From the NCBI GenBank assembly GCA_964593885.1, contig CAZQKK010000001.1:169929-233928 (forward strand): a stretch of 64,000 bases of DNA, given 5' to 3'. The notes beneath the pieces are model-generated. The model saw nothing but the letters and a program-made list of their open reading frames with translations, was not told the DNA's origin and did no database searches. This DNA comes from an uncultured Candidatus Saccharibacteria bacterium. Its GTDB lineage: Bacteria; Patescibacteriota; UBA1384; CAILIB01. The first letter of the stretch is position 1, and every line of letters begins with the position of its first letter. Shown in pieces: positions 29,021-38,520 of the stretch. The translations under genes and the position numbers were made by a program.

Positions 29021-29063
29021 ATGTAACCAGTGTACGGGTTTTTGGGGCAAAGAGACAAGACAA

Positions 29064-29118
29064 CTAAAAAAGACAGTCACTGACTGTCTCTTTTAGTTGG
29101 TGGGTCCACTGGGACTCT
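29064..29118. repeat. direct repeat copy 1: terminator hairpin plus 19-nt tRNA-Lys 3'-end fragment
   Basis: aaaaaagacagtcactgactgtctctttt..ttggtgggtccactgggactc is identical to 29234-29288 except for two compensatory positions in the extended stem. Confidence 0.65.
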
Positions 29119-29233
29119 CCGTCGCTTCGCTCCCAGAGAACCCACGGTTCTCTGCGCTCGCAAGCTCGCTACTCTCCTACACGGGAAAACACTGTTTTCC
29201 CGACCCCTTTCACTTTCGAGTCCCAGTCTAGTC
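29119..29233. other. conserved structured element, copy B
   Basis: agagaacc-cac-ggttctct, gcaagc block, cgggaaaac-N3-gttttcccg, acccctttc. Same order and spacing as copy A. Confidence 0.4.
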
Positions 29234-29269
29234 AAAGAAAAAAGACAGTCACTGACTGTCTCTTTTCTT
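29234..29269. terminator. bidirectional terminator (direct repeat copy 2) adjacent to tRNA-Lys
   Basis: caaagaaaaaagacagtca-c-tgactgtctcttttctttg, a near-perfect 19-bp stem. Confidence 0.55.
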
Positions 29270-29344
29270 TGGTGGGTCCACTGGGACTCGAACCCAGAAC
29301 CAATGGCTTAAAAGGCCACTGCTCTACCATTGAGCTATAGACCC
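29270..29344 (-). tRNA. tRNA-Lys(TTT)
   Basis: 75 nt: acceptor GGGTCTA/TGGACCC, anticodon loop CTTTTAA, T-arm CTGGG-TTCGAGT-CCCAG, CCA encoded. Confidence 0.85.
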
Positions 29345-29480
29345 GAAGCGAGCATGCAAGCGATGCTTGCATCAGCTTGTGATGCGAGCGAGGGTCACTG
29401 TCGCCGAAGGCGACTGAGACCTGATTTCATCCAAGCCACTCTACCAGATTAGCGACAAAAAAACACCCCCAGGAAGGGTG

Positions 29481-29735
29481 TTAGGAACGGCCAAGCGAGT
29501 CTGGCTCCTGAGGCTCAACTGTCGCAGCAGGCTGCTCGAAGAGAGTGATTACTTCTTGAGCAAGCTGATCGATCGAAAGCTCTTGGAGCCGGTGAAGTTC
29601 ATCAACGTCACCCACTCCCTCATGTGTGGCAATCTCCATCAGACGGGCAGCCTGCCAAACAGGCAAATCGGTGTCGCCTTCAGCAAGGCGCGCGGCGAGA
29701 ACAGCGAGTACAAGTTGTTTCTTCATATCTCTCAA
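29481..29735 (-). CDS. hypothetical small acidic protein
   Basis: 84-aa ORF. About 260 bp of non-coding sequence lies upstream of it. Confidence 0.3.
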   Translation of the reverse strand: MRDMKKQLVLAVLAARLAEGDTDLPVWQAARLMEIATHEGVGDVDELHRLQELSIDQLAQEVITLFEQPAATVEPQEPDSLGRS

Positions 29736-30007
29736 GTACGCTCAGTGCGCACGGAATCCTTATACCATATTCTGGTATTTCTTTCAAGAAGAACCATACC
29801 CCAGCCCTCTCACAACATATGTCTTGGCTACCTACTGTGAAAACAGGGTAATAAGTCTACGGATATGATAGAGACCCAGCACAAAGGCATGGGTCTCTCA
29901 AATCGAGTTCACTTATTCATAACCACATACCTCCACGAAGTTTGGCTAGGATTCCGAAGATCCCTAACGTAGGTCTCAGTTTACAACTCTTCCTAGAAGA
30001 ATCAACC

Positions 30008-30532
30008 TTAAGCTTCTTCTTCGCCGTAGATGCCAAAGTAAATCATCGCAAATACCGGGACCAAGAGTACCCACTCTCGCCACTGGTACACGTAAGGAGC
30101 AATCTTTGAGGCAGCAAGAATACTACTCCTCACCTCTTCAGGCATCAGGAGCAGTAGGAACATCGTGAGGAGAGAGACTGTAGCGATAGAGTAGACAACC
30201 ACTTCAAGCACACCATACCGGGAACGTCTCCCGCCTAGCTTCAGGAAAGAAGAGAGGAGGATGGTAAAGACAACCAGCAACCCCACCTGCACGGTGAAAG
30301 GAGTTGCGTTTGCCTTAAACCAAACACTATTGAAGAGCACCTGATCTCCACTAAAGAGACCAGAGACCCTTTCGCCCCAGGCAGTTGCAACAAAGTAGGA
30401 GATGTAGACGCTCACCAGGGTAGCCAGTGCTTTGTGTCGCCTAATGAGCAGACTGTACGCCAAAATAATGCCTGCGAGAGCGAGGATACCGATATCCCAA
30501 GTGATTCCTTGCATACCAGTAGTATGCGGCAT
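30008..30532 (-). CDS. small integral membrane protein (4 TM), CvpA-like topology
   Basis: Four hydrophobic helices in 174 aa. Last gene of the grpE-dnaK-dnaJ transcription unit. Confidence 0.45.
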   Translation of the reverse strand: MPHTTGMQGITWDIGILALAGIILAYSLLIRRHKALATLVSVYISYFVATAWGERVSGLFSGDQVLFNSVWFKANATPFTVQVGLLVVFTILLSSFLKLGGRRSRYGVLEVVVYSIATVSLLTMFLLLLMPEEVRSSILAASKIAPYVYQWREWVLLVPVFAMIYFGIYGEEEA

Positions 30533-30568
30533 GCTGCTTACTCAAGCAACAGGTTTACCTATGGAAGC

Positions 30569-31171
30569 CTAGGACTGGAGCTTTTTGAGCTGTTCGTACA
30601 GCTCACGTTCTCTCTTTGAAATACGACGTGGGATAACAACGCGGAGGAAAATGGTGAGGTCGCCCCTGCCACCACGGTACTGGTTTCCCTTACCCCTAAA
30701 GGTAATTTGCTGACCATCTTGGGTACCCGCTGGAAACTCAAGCTTAATCCTCTCTTTCCCAACTTGGAGCTCTAGGGTATCACCAAGAACGGCTTGAGGA
30801 ACGGTAATCTGCACCTCTGCCTGGACGTTTGCCATGGCTGCCCCAAACATATCTGAGAAGATATCGCCGAAGCCACCAAAGCCCCCGCCTCCAAAGTTGA
30901 AGTCGAAGCCTCCAGCCTGCCCGCTAAATCCTCCAGGACCTCCCCCAAAACCACCTGGACCGCCAGAAGCGCCGTACGTATCGTACTGGCGCTTTTTCTC
31001 TGGGTCAGAGAGGGTTTGGTAGGCTTCGTTTATCTTTTTGAATTCAGCCTCATCTCCTCCCTTATCTGGGTGGTGGGCGTGAGCCTTCTTCCTGAAGGCA
31101 CGCTTAATCTCGTCTGGACTTGCGTCAGTCTTTACCCCTAAGAGATCGTAGTACTCGGTGCTCCCAGCCAT
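30569..31171 (-). CDS. short DnaJ-family co-chaperone (J domain + G/F region + one C-terminal domain, no zinc finger)
   Basis: YYDLLGV...HPDK J-domain and a [12 protein letters not shown]-rich segment. No CxxCxGxG repeats. 200 aa. Confidence 0.75.
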   Translation of the reverse strand: MAGSTEYYDLLGVKTDASPDEIKRAFRKKAHAHHPDKGGDEAEFKKINEAYQTLSDPEKKRQYDTYGASGGPGGFGGGPGGFSGQAGGFDFNFGGGGFGGFGDIFSDMFGAAMANVQAEVQITVPQAVLGDTLELQVGKERIKLEFPAGTQDGQQITFRGKGNQYRGGRGDLTIFLRVVIPRRISKRERELYEQLKKLQS

Positions 31172-31173
31172 TC

Positions 31174-33060
31174 CTAGCCTTGTGGCTCTGCGTCTCCCGA
31201 TGCTTTCTCGGCATCATCGGCTGGTTGCTCAGAAGCGCCCTGCTGGTACATAGCCATCCCAACTACCTGGAGTTTTTCAGAGAGTGCATTCCACTTCTCC
31301 TTAATCTTTGTAGCGTCATCTGAAGCGTGAACAGCTTTCAGCTCAGTGATGGCATCCTCTACTGCGCGGGTATCCTCAGGCTTCACATCCTTCTTTGCTT
31401 CAACAACCTCTTTCAAGGTTTTCTCGGCGGTGTAGATGAGGCTGTCTGCATCATTCCTTGCCTCAATGAGCTCTTTCTTCTTCTTGTCTTCCTCTGCGTG
31501 AGCTTCGGCATCCTGACGCATGCGCTCGACCTCTTCATCTGAGAGACCTGTGGAAGCGGTAATGGTTACCTTCTGCTCACGGTTTGTCCCTTTATCCATT
31601 GCCTTCACGTTGACGATACCGTTGGCATCGATGTCAAACGTAACCTCAATTTGTGGGACGCCACGTGGTGCTGGTGGCAGACCATCAAGCACAAAACGTG
31701 CGAGGGTTCGGTTATCAGCTGCCATTTCGCGCTCACCCTGGAGGACGTGAATTTCTACCTGGGGCTGACTGTCAGCTGCGGTAGAGAATACCTGGCTCTT
31801 GCTGGTTGGGATGGTGGTATTTCGCTCAATGAGCTTGGTCATTACTCCGCCGAGGGTTTCAATACCAAGGGAAAGTGGGGTGACATCAAGGAGGAGAACA
31901 TCTTTAACATCCCCGGCAAGTACGCCTCCGTTAACCGCAGCACCAATAGCCACTGCTTCATCTGGGTTTACTGAGCGGTTTGGCTCTTTGCCAAAGTAGG
32001 CCTTAACTGCCTCAATCACCTTTGGCATGCGGGTCTGCCCACCTACGAGGATTACCTCGTCAACCTCAGTTGGCTTGAGCTTAGCATCGGCAAGCGCCTT
32101 CTTCACCGGCTCCATTGAACGCTTCACCAAATCTTCGGTGAGCTGCTCAAACTTGGCACGGGATACCTTGAGCACGAGGTGCTTAGGACCTGATGCATCA
32201 GCGGTAATGAATGGAAGGTTTACCTCAGTTTCCTGAGCAGTTGAAAGCTCAATCTTTGCCTTTTCGGCAGCTTCCTTTACGCGCTGGATGGCGTCAATTT
32301 GGTTACCAAGATCAATTCCCTCCTGTGACTTGAACTCAGCCAGGATGTGATCCATGAGCTTCTTATCAAAGTCATCTCCTCCAAGGTGGGTATCACCGTT
32401 GGTGGCAAGTACCTCAAATGAAGCTTCACCATCGTGGCTTCCAAGCTCGAGGATGGTTACATCAAAGGTTCCGCCTCCAAGGTCGTAGACGGCAATCTTC
32501 TCGTTTTTCTTACGGTCAATACCGTAGGCAAGGGCTGCAGCAGTAGGCTCGTTGATAATGCGCTTCACCTCAAGACCGGCAATTTTTCCGGCATCTTTGG
32601 TAGCCTGACGCTGGGCATCGTTGAAGTAGGCAGGAACGGTGATCACCGCTTCTGTTACGGTCTCGCCAAGGTACGCCTCAGCATCAGCCTTGAGCTTCTG
32701 AAGGGTGAAGGCTGAAATCTCCTGTGGGGTGTATGACTTGTCTCCCATCTCAACTTCAACCATCCCGCCTTTACCACCTTTAATGGTGTAAGGTACGCGG
32801 GCTTTGTCTTCCTGGGTTTCTGGGTCATCAAACTTTCTTCCAATGAATCGCTTCACTGAAAAAATGGTGTTCTTGGCGTTGGTGGCAGCTTGACGTTTTG
32901 CCGGAATACCGACAACTCGCTCACCATCTTTCTTTACCGCAACCACTGATGGGACGGTGTTTGGACCTTCAGCAGAAGCAATAACCTTAGCGGTACCGCC
33001 TTCCATGACGGCTACTACAGAGTTGGTTGTCCCGAGGTCAATTCCGATAATTTTTGGCAT
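31174..33060 (-). CDS. dnaK: chaperone DnaK (Hsp70)
   Basis: [22 protein letters not shown], and an acidic C-terminus. Full length, 628 aa. Confidence 0.95.
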   Translation of the reverse strand: MPKIIGIDLGTTNSVVAVMEGGTAKVIASAEGPNTVPSVVAVKKDGERVVGIPAKRQAATNAKNTIFSVKRFIGRKFDDPETQEDKARVPYTIKGGKGGMVEVEMGDKSYTPQEISAFTLQKLKADAEAYLGETVTEAVITVPAYFNDAQRQATKDAGKIAGLEVKRIINEPTAAALAYGIDRKKNEKIAVYDLGGGTFDVTILELGSHDGEASFEVLATNGDTHLGGDDFDKKLMDHILAEFKSQEGIDLGNQIDAIQRVKEAAEKAKIELSTAQETEVNLPFITADASGPKHLVLKVSRAKFEQLTEDLVKRSMEPVKKALADAKLKPTEVDEVILVGGQTRMPKVIEAVKAYFGKEPNRSVNPDEAVAIGAAVNGGVLAGDVKDVLLLDVTPLSLGIETLGGVMTKLIERNTTIPTSKSQVFSTAADSQPQVEIHVLQGEREMAADNRTLARFVLDGLPPAPRGVPQIEVTFDIDANGIVNVKAMDKGTNREQKVTITASTGLSDEEVERMRQDAEAHAEEDKKKKELIEARNDADSLIYTAEKTLKEVVEAKKDVKPEDTRAVEDAITELKAVHASDDATKIKEKWNALSEKLQVVGMAMYQQGASEQPADDAEKASGDAEPQG

Positions 33061-33074
33061 ATGGTTCCTCTCTA

Positions 33075-33569
33075 TTATTTAGGTGTTGGTTTGGTGTTGG
33101 TAGTGACAATGACTGGACGAATAACCTTTCCTTGCAGTTTGTAACCCCGCTGGTTTACTACCGCAACGGTATCCTCTGGAAGTTCTTCACTTTCCATGGT
33201 TCCAATTGCTTCGTGTACCTCGGCGTTAAACGGATCACCAGCCTTTACGGGAATCTCTTCCACTCCCCACTCAGCGAGAATATCGGTGAGCTGCTTTTGA
33301 ATGTGGAGAATTCCGGTAAGCCAACTTGAGTTCTGCTGATCAGCTGGAACGTGAGCCGTTGCCCGGTAGAAGTTATCCACAACGGGAAGGAGACTCTCAA
33401 CTGCTCCTGCAAGGGCGAATTGGGCGAACTGACGCTTCTCTTGCTCGAGACGTTTGCGCAGGTTTTCCTGTTCAGCTACTGAACGAAGGTAGAGTTCTTG
33501 GTAGTTTTGGGTAACCTCAGAAACATCCGGCGCACCTTCTGTCTCTTCAGTTTTTGCTTCTTTTTTCAT
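33075..33569 (-). CDS. grpE: nucleotide exchange factor GrpE
   Basis: Coiled-coil N-terminus and a C-terminal beta domain (...[37 protein letters not shown]). The start is set at MKKEAKTEE rather than the ORF-track upstream ATG. Confidence 0.85.
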   Translation of the reverse strand: MKKEAKTEETEGAPDVSEVTQNYQELYLRSVAEQENLRKRLEQEKRQFAQFALAGAVESLLPVVDNFYRATAHVPADQQNSSWLTGILHIQKQLTDILAEWGVEEIPVKAGDPFNAEVHEAIGTMESEELPEDTVAVVNQRGYKLQGKVIRPVIVTTNTKPTPK

Positions 33570-33619
33570 CAAGTATGTTACGAATCTGCAGCCGCTACAT
33601 GTTTGAGGCTGCATAGAAA

Positions 33620-33649
33620 ATGTAAAGCATACTTGACATTGTGTCAAGT
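33620..33649 (-). promoter_or_regulatory. heat-shock operon promoter with overlapping palindrome: cTTGACAcaaTGTCAAg -N- TACATT
   Basis: On the minus strand, TTGACA-N17-TACATT about 50 nt upstream of grpE. The -35 element is half of a 7-bp inverted repeat (CTTGACA/TGTCAAG, 3-nt spacer). Confidence 0.5.
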
Positions 33650-33851
33650 CATCACCTATCCCAAACCTGTAGGCCTACTTCTTGTCGAGAACCTTCACCT
33701 TCTGGGTGTCCCCACTGGTGAAGTAGAAGATACAGCCAAGGATGAGGAGCACTATCCCAATTGGGACGAGGAGATCAATGAGGAGCTTTACACTGATGAA
33801 AATTACACCGGCGGTAATGAAGAGCTGCCAAGGCATGCGCATATGGGTAGG

Positions 33852-34979
33852 TTACAGGTGGTGAGATTGGGTAATGGTAAGGCGTACCGATGCGCCCACA
33901 ACCGGCACAACGAGGAACACGAAGCTTCCTATTGCAGCCAAGCCTGGGCCAATGTAAGGAATGAGACTAACAAGGGTTGGGATGAGCAGACCAATGGTGA
34001 GCGCCACGAAGAGGTCCTTGTTCTTCCGCTGGCTAATTTTAGTAAGCGAAGGAATTCGTGCCATCACCAGTTTACCCAGGAGTACTGCCCCAAACGTACC
34101 TGCAAGAAGTATGGCGAGCGCATAGCTTGCCATGAGCAGAAGCCCAACCCTCCAACCCAGGATGGTGGCAAAGAAGAGGATTGAGAGGAGAGGTAGTCCC
34201 AAGATGGTAGCAAGTCCCGTGGAGTAGGTTTTCCAACTCTCGGTGTAGGCTGCGTTTAGCACCAACCGAGTCTGCTTACCAAGGAAGAGGAGGATGAAAA
34301 AGCCAAAGAGGAGGAGGCTGAAGAAGTTGATAACTGCAAAGTTCCCGTAGGTTTCTTTCTTTGGGGTGTCTTTCGTCACAGAACCGGTAATTTTCACCAG
34401 CTCTTTACCGGTAAACTCATTTGGCGACGTGTAGTGGAGCGAACCTGCAATACTTCCACCCGTAAAGGTGAGGGTAGTAACGTTTGCTTCAACATTACCG
34501 GTTACCTTTGCCGAGCTTGCAATGGTACTGGCAGATACTGAAACATTTCCATCTACCATTCCCGCCAGTATCACCTCGCCAGCTGCTACAGAGAGGTTTC
34601 CCAAAATGTGTGCCGTATCCTTCATCGTAACCTTGCTGGCAACAATGAAGACATCTTGGCCAAATTCGCCATCAAGAACCACTTCCCCAGCGGCAACGTA
34701 TGAGTTGTAGGCAACTCCACCCAGGAGTTCAGCTTTTGAGGCTGCCACAAAGGCACTTCGCCCCACGGTCTTGGCTACGGTTACCGTTTCGCCCACCGCA
34801 AAAAGTTCACCCCTTACTGGCACTTTCATGGCAAGTGTTGTTGCCGAAAAGTAGGCATCTCCAGATACCTCTTCAGTTGGTGAGACAGTTACGCCTTGTT
34901 CAATGGTTGCGGCAAATGCTGAACCTGTCAGAAGAGTTGCAAGTACGAGACTGAGAAACACCTTGGTAAAAAACTTCAT
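33852..34979 (-). CDS. secreted beta-helical-repeat protein with C-terminal polytopic membrane region
   Basis: Signal peptide MKFFTKVFLSLVLATLLTGSAFAA. Repeated G-x-V/G-E-V motifs resemble bactofilin/DUF4097-like beta-helix repeats. Four to five C-terminal TM helices. The start is set at an internal ATG. Confidence 0.5.
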   Translation of the reverse strand: MKFFTKVFLSLVLATLLTGSAFAATIEQGVTVSPTEEVSGDAYFSATTLAMKVPVRGELFAVGETVTVAKTVGRSAFVAASKAELLGGVAYNSYVAAGEVVLDGEFGQDVFIVASKVTMKDTAHILGNLSVAAGEVILAGMVDGNVSVSASTIASSAKVTGNVEANVTTLTFTGGSIAGSLHYTSPNEFTGKELVKITGSVTKDTPKKETYGNFAVINFFSLLLFGFFILLFLGKQTRLVLNAAYTESWKTYSTGLATILGLPLLSILFFATILGWRVGLLLMASYALAILLAGTFGAVLLGKLVMARIPSLTKISQRKNKDLFVALTIGLLIPTLVSLIPYIGPGLAAIGSFVFLVVPVVGASVRLTITQSHHL

Positions 34980-35072
34980 TGGGTTGTTTAGGAGTAGCAT
35001 CCCTAGCATAGCACTTCTCAGAGCACCTGCCATACCTGGTTCATCTACGTTAAACGTAGTTTTGTGGGTATG

Positions 35073-36396
35073 GATGTCGCGCCTCACCTTCACCACCACC
35101 TGCCTAGCGTGCTTTGGGGTAGGAGTATGGCTGGGCACTCCTTACAGAGCTAACCTCCTTCTCCCAGAGCTACTCGCCGCTGTCATTCTCACCATATGTT
35201 CCTGGAGGAAGGCCTGGGTATCTTGTATTGGTTGGGGTACCGGCATCTTACTCGCTACCGGAATTGGTTTCTGTCACGTTGCAACCTACAGATCTAGGCT
35301 ACCAAAGCTCCCAGAACACATTAGGGTCTCTGAGCATGGCACCATTGTGGGATCCCCTGATAACCGTGATGACGAGAACAGACTCACCATTAGGACTAGC
35401 TACCAAGGAGTCTCGGTTACCATCCTGGTACACACACCACCTTTCCCAAAGTTTGCATTTGGGGACGAAGTTACCCTGACCGGCACAGCAGATAGGGCAA
35501 CTCGCATCGAAGACTTTGATTACCCCCTCTTCCTCGAGAGACAGGGGGTAACCCACACCATGAAACGAGCAAGAATCTCGTTTGTCAGCAAGGGAAAAGA
35601 AGGAATCACCAGCACTCTCTACAGCATCAGATCTCTCCTTGAAACAAGAATAGCCAACAGCATCCCAGAGCCTGAGGCATCACTCCTTAACGGTATCCTT
35701 CTCGGGAGCAGACAGCAACTATCAGAGGAGTTGGTGGTACAGCTACGCAAAACAGGAACAAGTCATGTTGTAGCTATTAGCGGAGCAAACATCACCATCG
35801 TGGTAGAGCTTCTCGTCCTACTCATGCCGCTCTACTCCCGTACCAGCCAGCGTAATGCAACCATTCTCATAGGTTTTGCTCTCAGCATTGCCACTGGGGC
35901 TTCGGCAAGTGTCGTGAGGGGAAGTCTTGCAGCTGCACTGGGTGCCAGTGTCAGAGCCGCCGGAAGGCCTAGGAACTCCCCCAACATCGTCCTGTTACCA
36001 GCTGTATGCATGCTGATTGCAAACCCGCTCTACCTCCGCGCAGACCCCAGCTTTCAACTCTCACTCGCAGCATACTCAGGCATCATCTTCCTCACTCCTC
36101 TGGTCCAGCGCGTTTTTTCACTGCCCCTCAAGTACATACCTGAAGTCTTGCGTGCTACCTTTACCGAAACCTCTGCAGCCACACTCGCAACCCTCCCAAT
36201 TAGCATCACAAGCTTCGGGAATGTCAGCTGGATAGGCCTGATTGCTAACCCAGCTCTGCTCTGGATGCTCCCACTCATCACTGCCTTTGGTGGAGCCTAC
36301 CTCGTGTTCCCAAACCAAGTAACTACCTCCATTCTCTGGATACTGCTCCACAGCTTTCTCAGTAGCATCCGTGTTTTTAGCAAGCTCCCATCATGA
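35073..36396 (+). CDS. comEC: competence protein ComEC/Rec2, membrane channel part (DUF4131 + competence domain)
   Basis: Polytopic protein. The region ...ISGANITIVVELLVLLMPL...SVVRGSLAAALGASVRAAGR matches the ComEC core. The start is set at ATG 35073. Confidence 0.75.
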
Positions 36397-37301
36397 AGAA
36401 AGCAATTATTACCATCATCGGAGCCCTTATTATCTCACTTTGCTTTCAGGGTGTAACTCGCCAAGAACCACACAGTGAAATCCGCCTCTGGATGCTCAAT
36501 GTTGGCCAAGGTGAAAGCATGCTCATACAGACACCCTCGGGGAAGTACCTCCTCTTTGATGGTGGTCCAGGTTCAGCGGTACTTGCTGAGCTTGGAGAGG
36601 TGCTACCCATCTGGAAACGCACCATTGATGTGGCTGTACTTTCACATCCACATGCCGATCACCTGCGTGGCCTCATTGCAGTTCTCGGTAGGTACCACGT
36701 TGATGAAATCTGGTCATCGGGGTCGCAGTACGAGAGCAGCGAATTCGCAACTTGGGTGCATCTCATTGCCGATAACCACATTCCATCACGCAACCTGGCT
36801 TTCCCAGATACTGCTTCACTAGGCGAGCTTGAAATCAAAGTACTCCACCCAACTAAACCGGTTGTGGGTAAGGTTCCAAAAGAAACACACGATGGGAACC
36901 TATCACTCCTCATCTCCTACGCTAGTCGCTCAATCTTACTTGCAGGTGACCTTGCTGAAAAACATGAAAGAGAGATAGCTAGCGCGTGCCAAAACAGTGG
37001 CTGTAGTTTAAGCTCAGATATCCTCCAAGTTGCACACCACGGCTCTGCCAGTGGTAGCTCAACTCCCTTCCTCAAGGAGGTTAGTCCTCTCGTTGCTTTG
37101 ATCCCCGTGGGCGAAGGCAACAAGTTTAAACACCCGAGAGCAGAAACCCTTGAAAGGCTCAGCAACTCTCACGCCGACGTATTTAGAACAGATAAAGATG
37201 GAAGGGTGCTCGTCGAAATTTCAGCAACCGAGATTACCGTTACCACTACATCCGGAAAGCGAGCTATTTACTCCCAAAAACCGCAACCTGCGCCGACGTA
37301 A
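36393..37301 (+). CDS. ComEC C-terminal metallo-beta-lactamase-fold domain encoded as a separate ORF
   Basis: HxHxDH motif (LSHPHADHLRGL) and ...VAHHGSASGSS. Own ATG overlapping the upstream stop (ATGA), and an N-terminal hydrophobic segment. Confidence 0.75.
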   Translation: MKKAIITIIGALIISLCFQGVTRQEPHSEIRLWMLNVGQGESMLIQTPSGKYLLFDGGPGSAVLAELGEVLPIWKRTIDVAVLSHPHADHLRGLIAVLGRYHVDEIWSSGSQYESSEFATWVHLIADNHIPSRNLAFPDTASLGELEIKVLHPTKPVVGKVPKETHDGNLSLLISYASRSILLAGDLAEKHEREIASACQNSGCSLSSDILQVAHHGSASGSSTPFLKEVSPLVALIPVGEGNKFKHPRAETLERLSNSHADVFRTDKDGRVLVEISATEITVTTTSGKRAIYSQKPQPAPT

Positions 37302-37758
37302 GCGCAATAGCTAGTGCATCAGCGGCATCATCTGGTTTAGGAATCTCTCGCAGGTTGAGAAGTAGCTGTGTCATGCGTTGCATCTGAGCCTTCTCTGCCT
37401 TCCCATAGCCAGTAAGGCCCTGCTTAACCTGTTGAGGGGTAAACTCCACAATTGGTAGCAGCGCTTGCTCAAGGACATACAGCAGTACCCCTCTCGCTTG
37501 GGATACCGTCATCACCGTTTTTTGGTTCTTGCTAAAGAAAAGCTTTTCAACCCCAACTAGCTCTGGCTTGTACTGGGCGAGGAGCGAAACAAGTCCCTGG
37601 CCAACTGCAACTAAACGCTGACTGTCAGTCATGCTCTTGTCGGTTGTAATGCAGCCGTACCCCAAGCACACTGCCTGGTCCACCCTATTAGCTTTCCCCG
37701 TATCAATTACACCCCAACCAACTAGCGCTGTACCTGGGTCGAGACCGAGAACAATCAT
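37264..37758 (-). CDS. ruvC: Holliday junction resolvase RuvC
   Basis: The N-terminus MIVLGLDPGTALVGWGV matches the RuvC catalytic-Asp signature. Confidence 0.9.
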   Translation of the reverse strand: MIVLGLDPGTALVGWGVIDTGKANRVDQAVCLGYGCITTDKSMTDSQRLVAVGQGLVSLLAQYKPELVGVEKLFFSKNQKTVMTVSQARGVLLYVLEQALLPIVEFTPQQVKQGLTGYGKAEKAQMQRMTQLLLNLREIPKPDDAADALAIALTSAQVAVFGSK

Positions 37759-38477
37759 TACTCTGAGAGGTTGGTATACACGCTCGTTACGTCATCGTGG
37801 TCTTCAAGCACCCCAATGAGGTTGGCAGCTGCTTCAAGATCAGCGTCACTCACCTCTATAGGTGTATTTGGCACCCACTCTATGTCAGCGCTCGTGACAG
37901 TAAACCCTGCAGCCTCTACCGCATCCCTGAGAGTATGGAGGCTGGAGCTGACTACGTAGACTATGCCGTGCTCATCGCCGATTACGTAGTCGTCAGCACC
38001 ACCCTCAATTGCAAGTTCCTCAAACCTCTCTACCTGGCTTTGAGGGAGGTCAACCCTAATCACGCCCTGCTGCCTGAAGAGGTACGCAACACCACCACCC
38101 TCGGCAAACCTCCCACCGTTCTTCGTTAAGATAGTTTTAATCTCAGGCGCAGTTCTGTTGCGGTTGTCGGTTAGTGCTGCAACGAGAATGGCAACATTGC
38201 CTGGTCCGAAACCCTCGTAGAGGAGCTCTTCTACCACGGCACCACCAAGCTCTCCGGTCCCCCGTTTAATTGCCCGCTCAACGTTGTCCTTAGGCATGTT
38301 AGCCTTGCGAGCGGTATCCACGGCTGTTCTCAGTGCTGGATTGAAATTAACGTCACCACCCCCTCGCCTCGCGGCAATCGAAATGGCGTTGGCGAGCCTC
38401 GTAAACACATTTGCCCGCTTTGCATCAGCCGCGGCTTTCTTGTGCTTGATTCCTGCCCACTTACTGTGTCCTGACAT
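37758..38477 (-). CDS. yebC: YebC/PmpR-family transcriptional regulator
   Basis: MSGHSKWAGIKHKK... N-terminus conserved across the family, 239 aa, upstream of ruvC as usual. Confidence 0.9.
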   Translation of the reverse strand: MSGHSKWAGIKHKKAAADAKRANVFTRLANAISIAARRGGGDVNFNPALRTAVDTARKANMPKDNVERAIKRGTGELGGAVVEELLYEGFGPGNVAILVAALTDNRNRTAPEIKTILTKNGGRFAEGGGVAYLFRQQGVIRVDLPQSQVERFEELAIEGGADDYVIGDEHGIVYVVSSSLHTLRDAVEAAGFTVTSADIEWVPNTPIEVSDADLEAAANLIGVLEDHDDVTSVYTNLSE

Positions 38478-38520
38478 ACGCGCTCCTAAGCTACTTCGTT
38501 ACTGCTGTTGTTGAGCCCCA

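Noticed and set aside
29021-29080. ORF-track N-terminal 20 codons of the 14-TM protein
   Set aside because: They are encoded by the palindromic terminator repeat (MTVFFSCLVSLPQKPVHW). The true start is more likely the downstream ATG at 29020.
29478-29868. Plus-strand ORFs of 120, 75 and 80 aa in the 29.5-29.9 kb gap
   Set aside because: They overlap each other and the minus-strand small ORF. They are Arg/Cys/Ser-rich with no RBS, so they are probably non-coding.
33620-33649. CIRCE (HrcA) element upstream of grpE
   Set aside because: The palindrome CTTGACA-N3-TGTCAAG does not match the TTAGCACTC-N9-GAGTGCTAA consensus in sequence or spacing.
33498-34184. 228-aa plus-strand ORF
   Set aside because: It lies antisense to the well-supported 33852-34979 gene and the grpE promoter. 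Its translation is Cys/Phe-rich junk ([15 protein letters not shown]) and there is no RBS.
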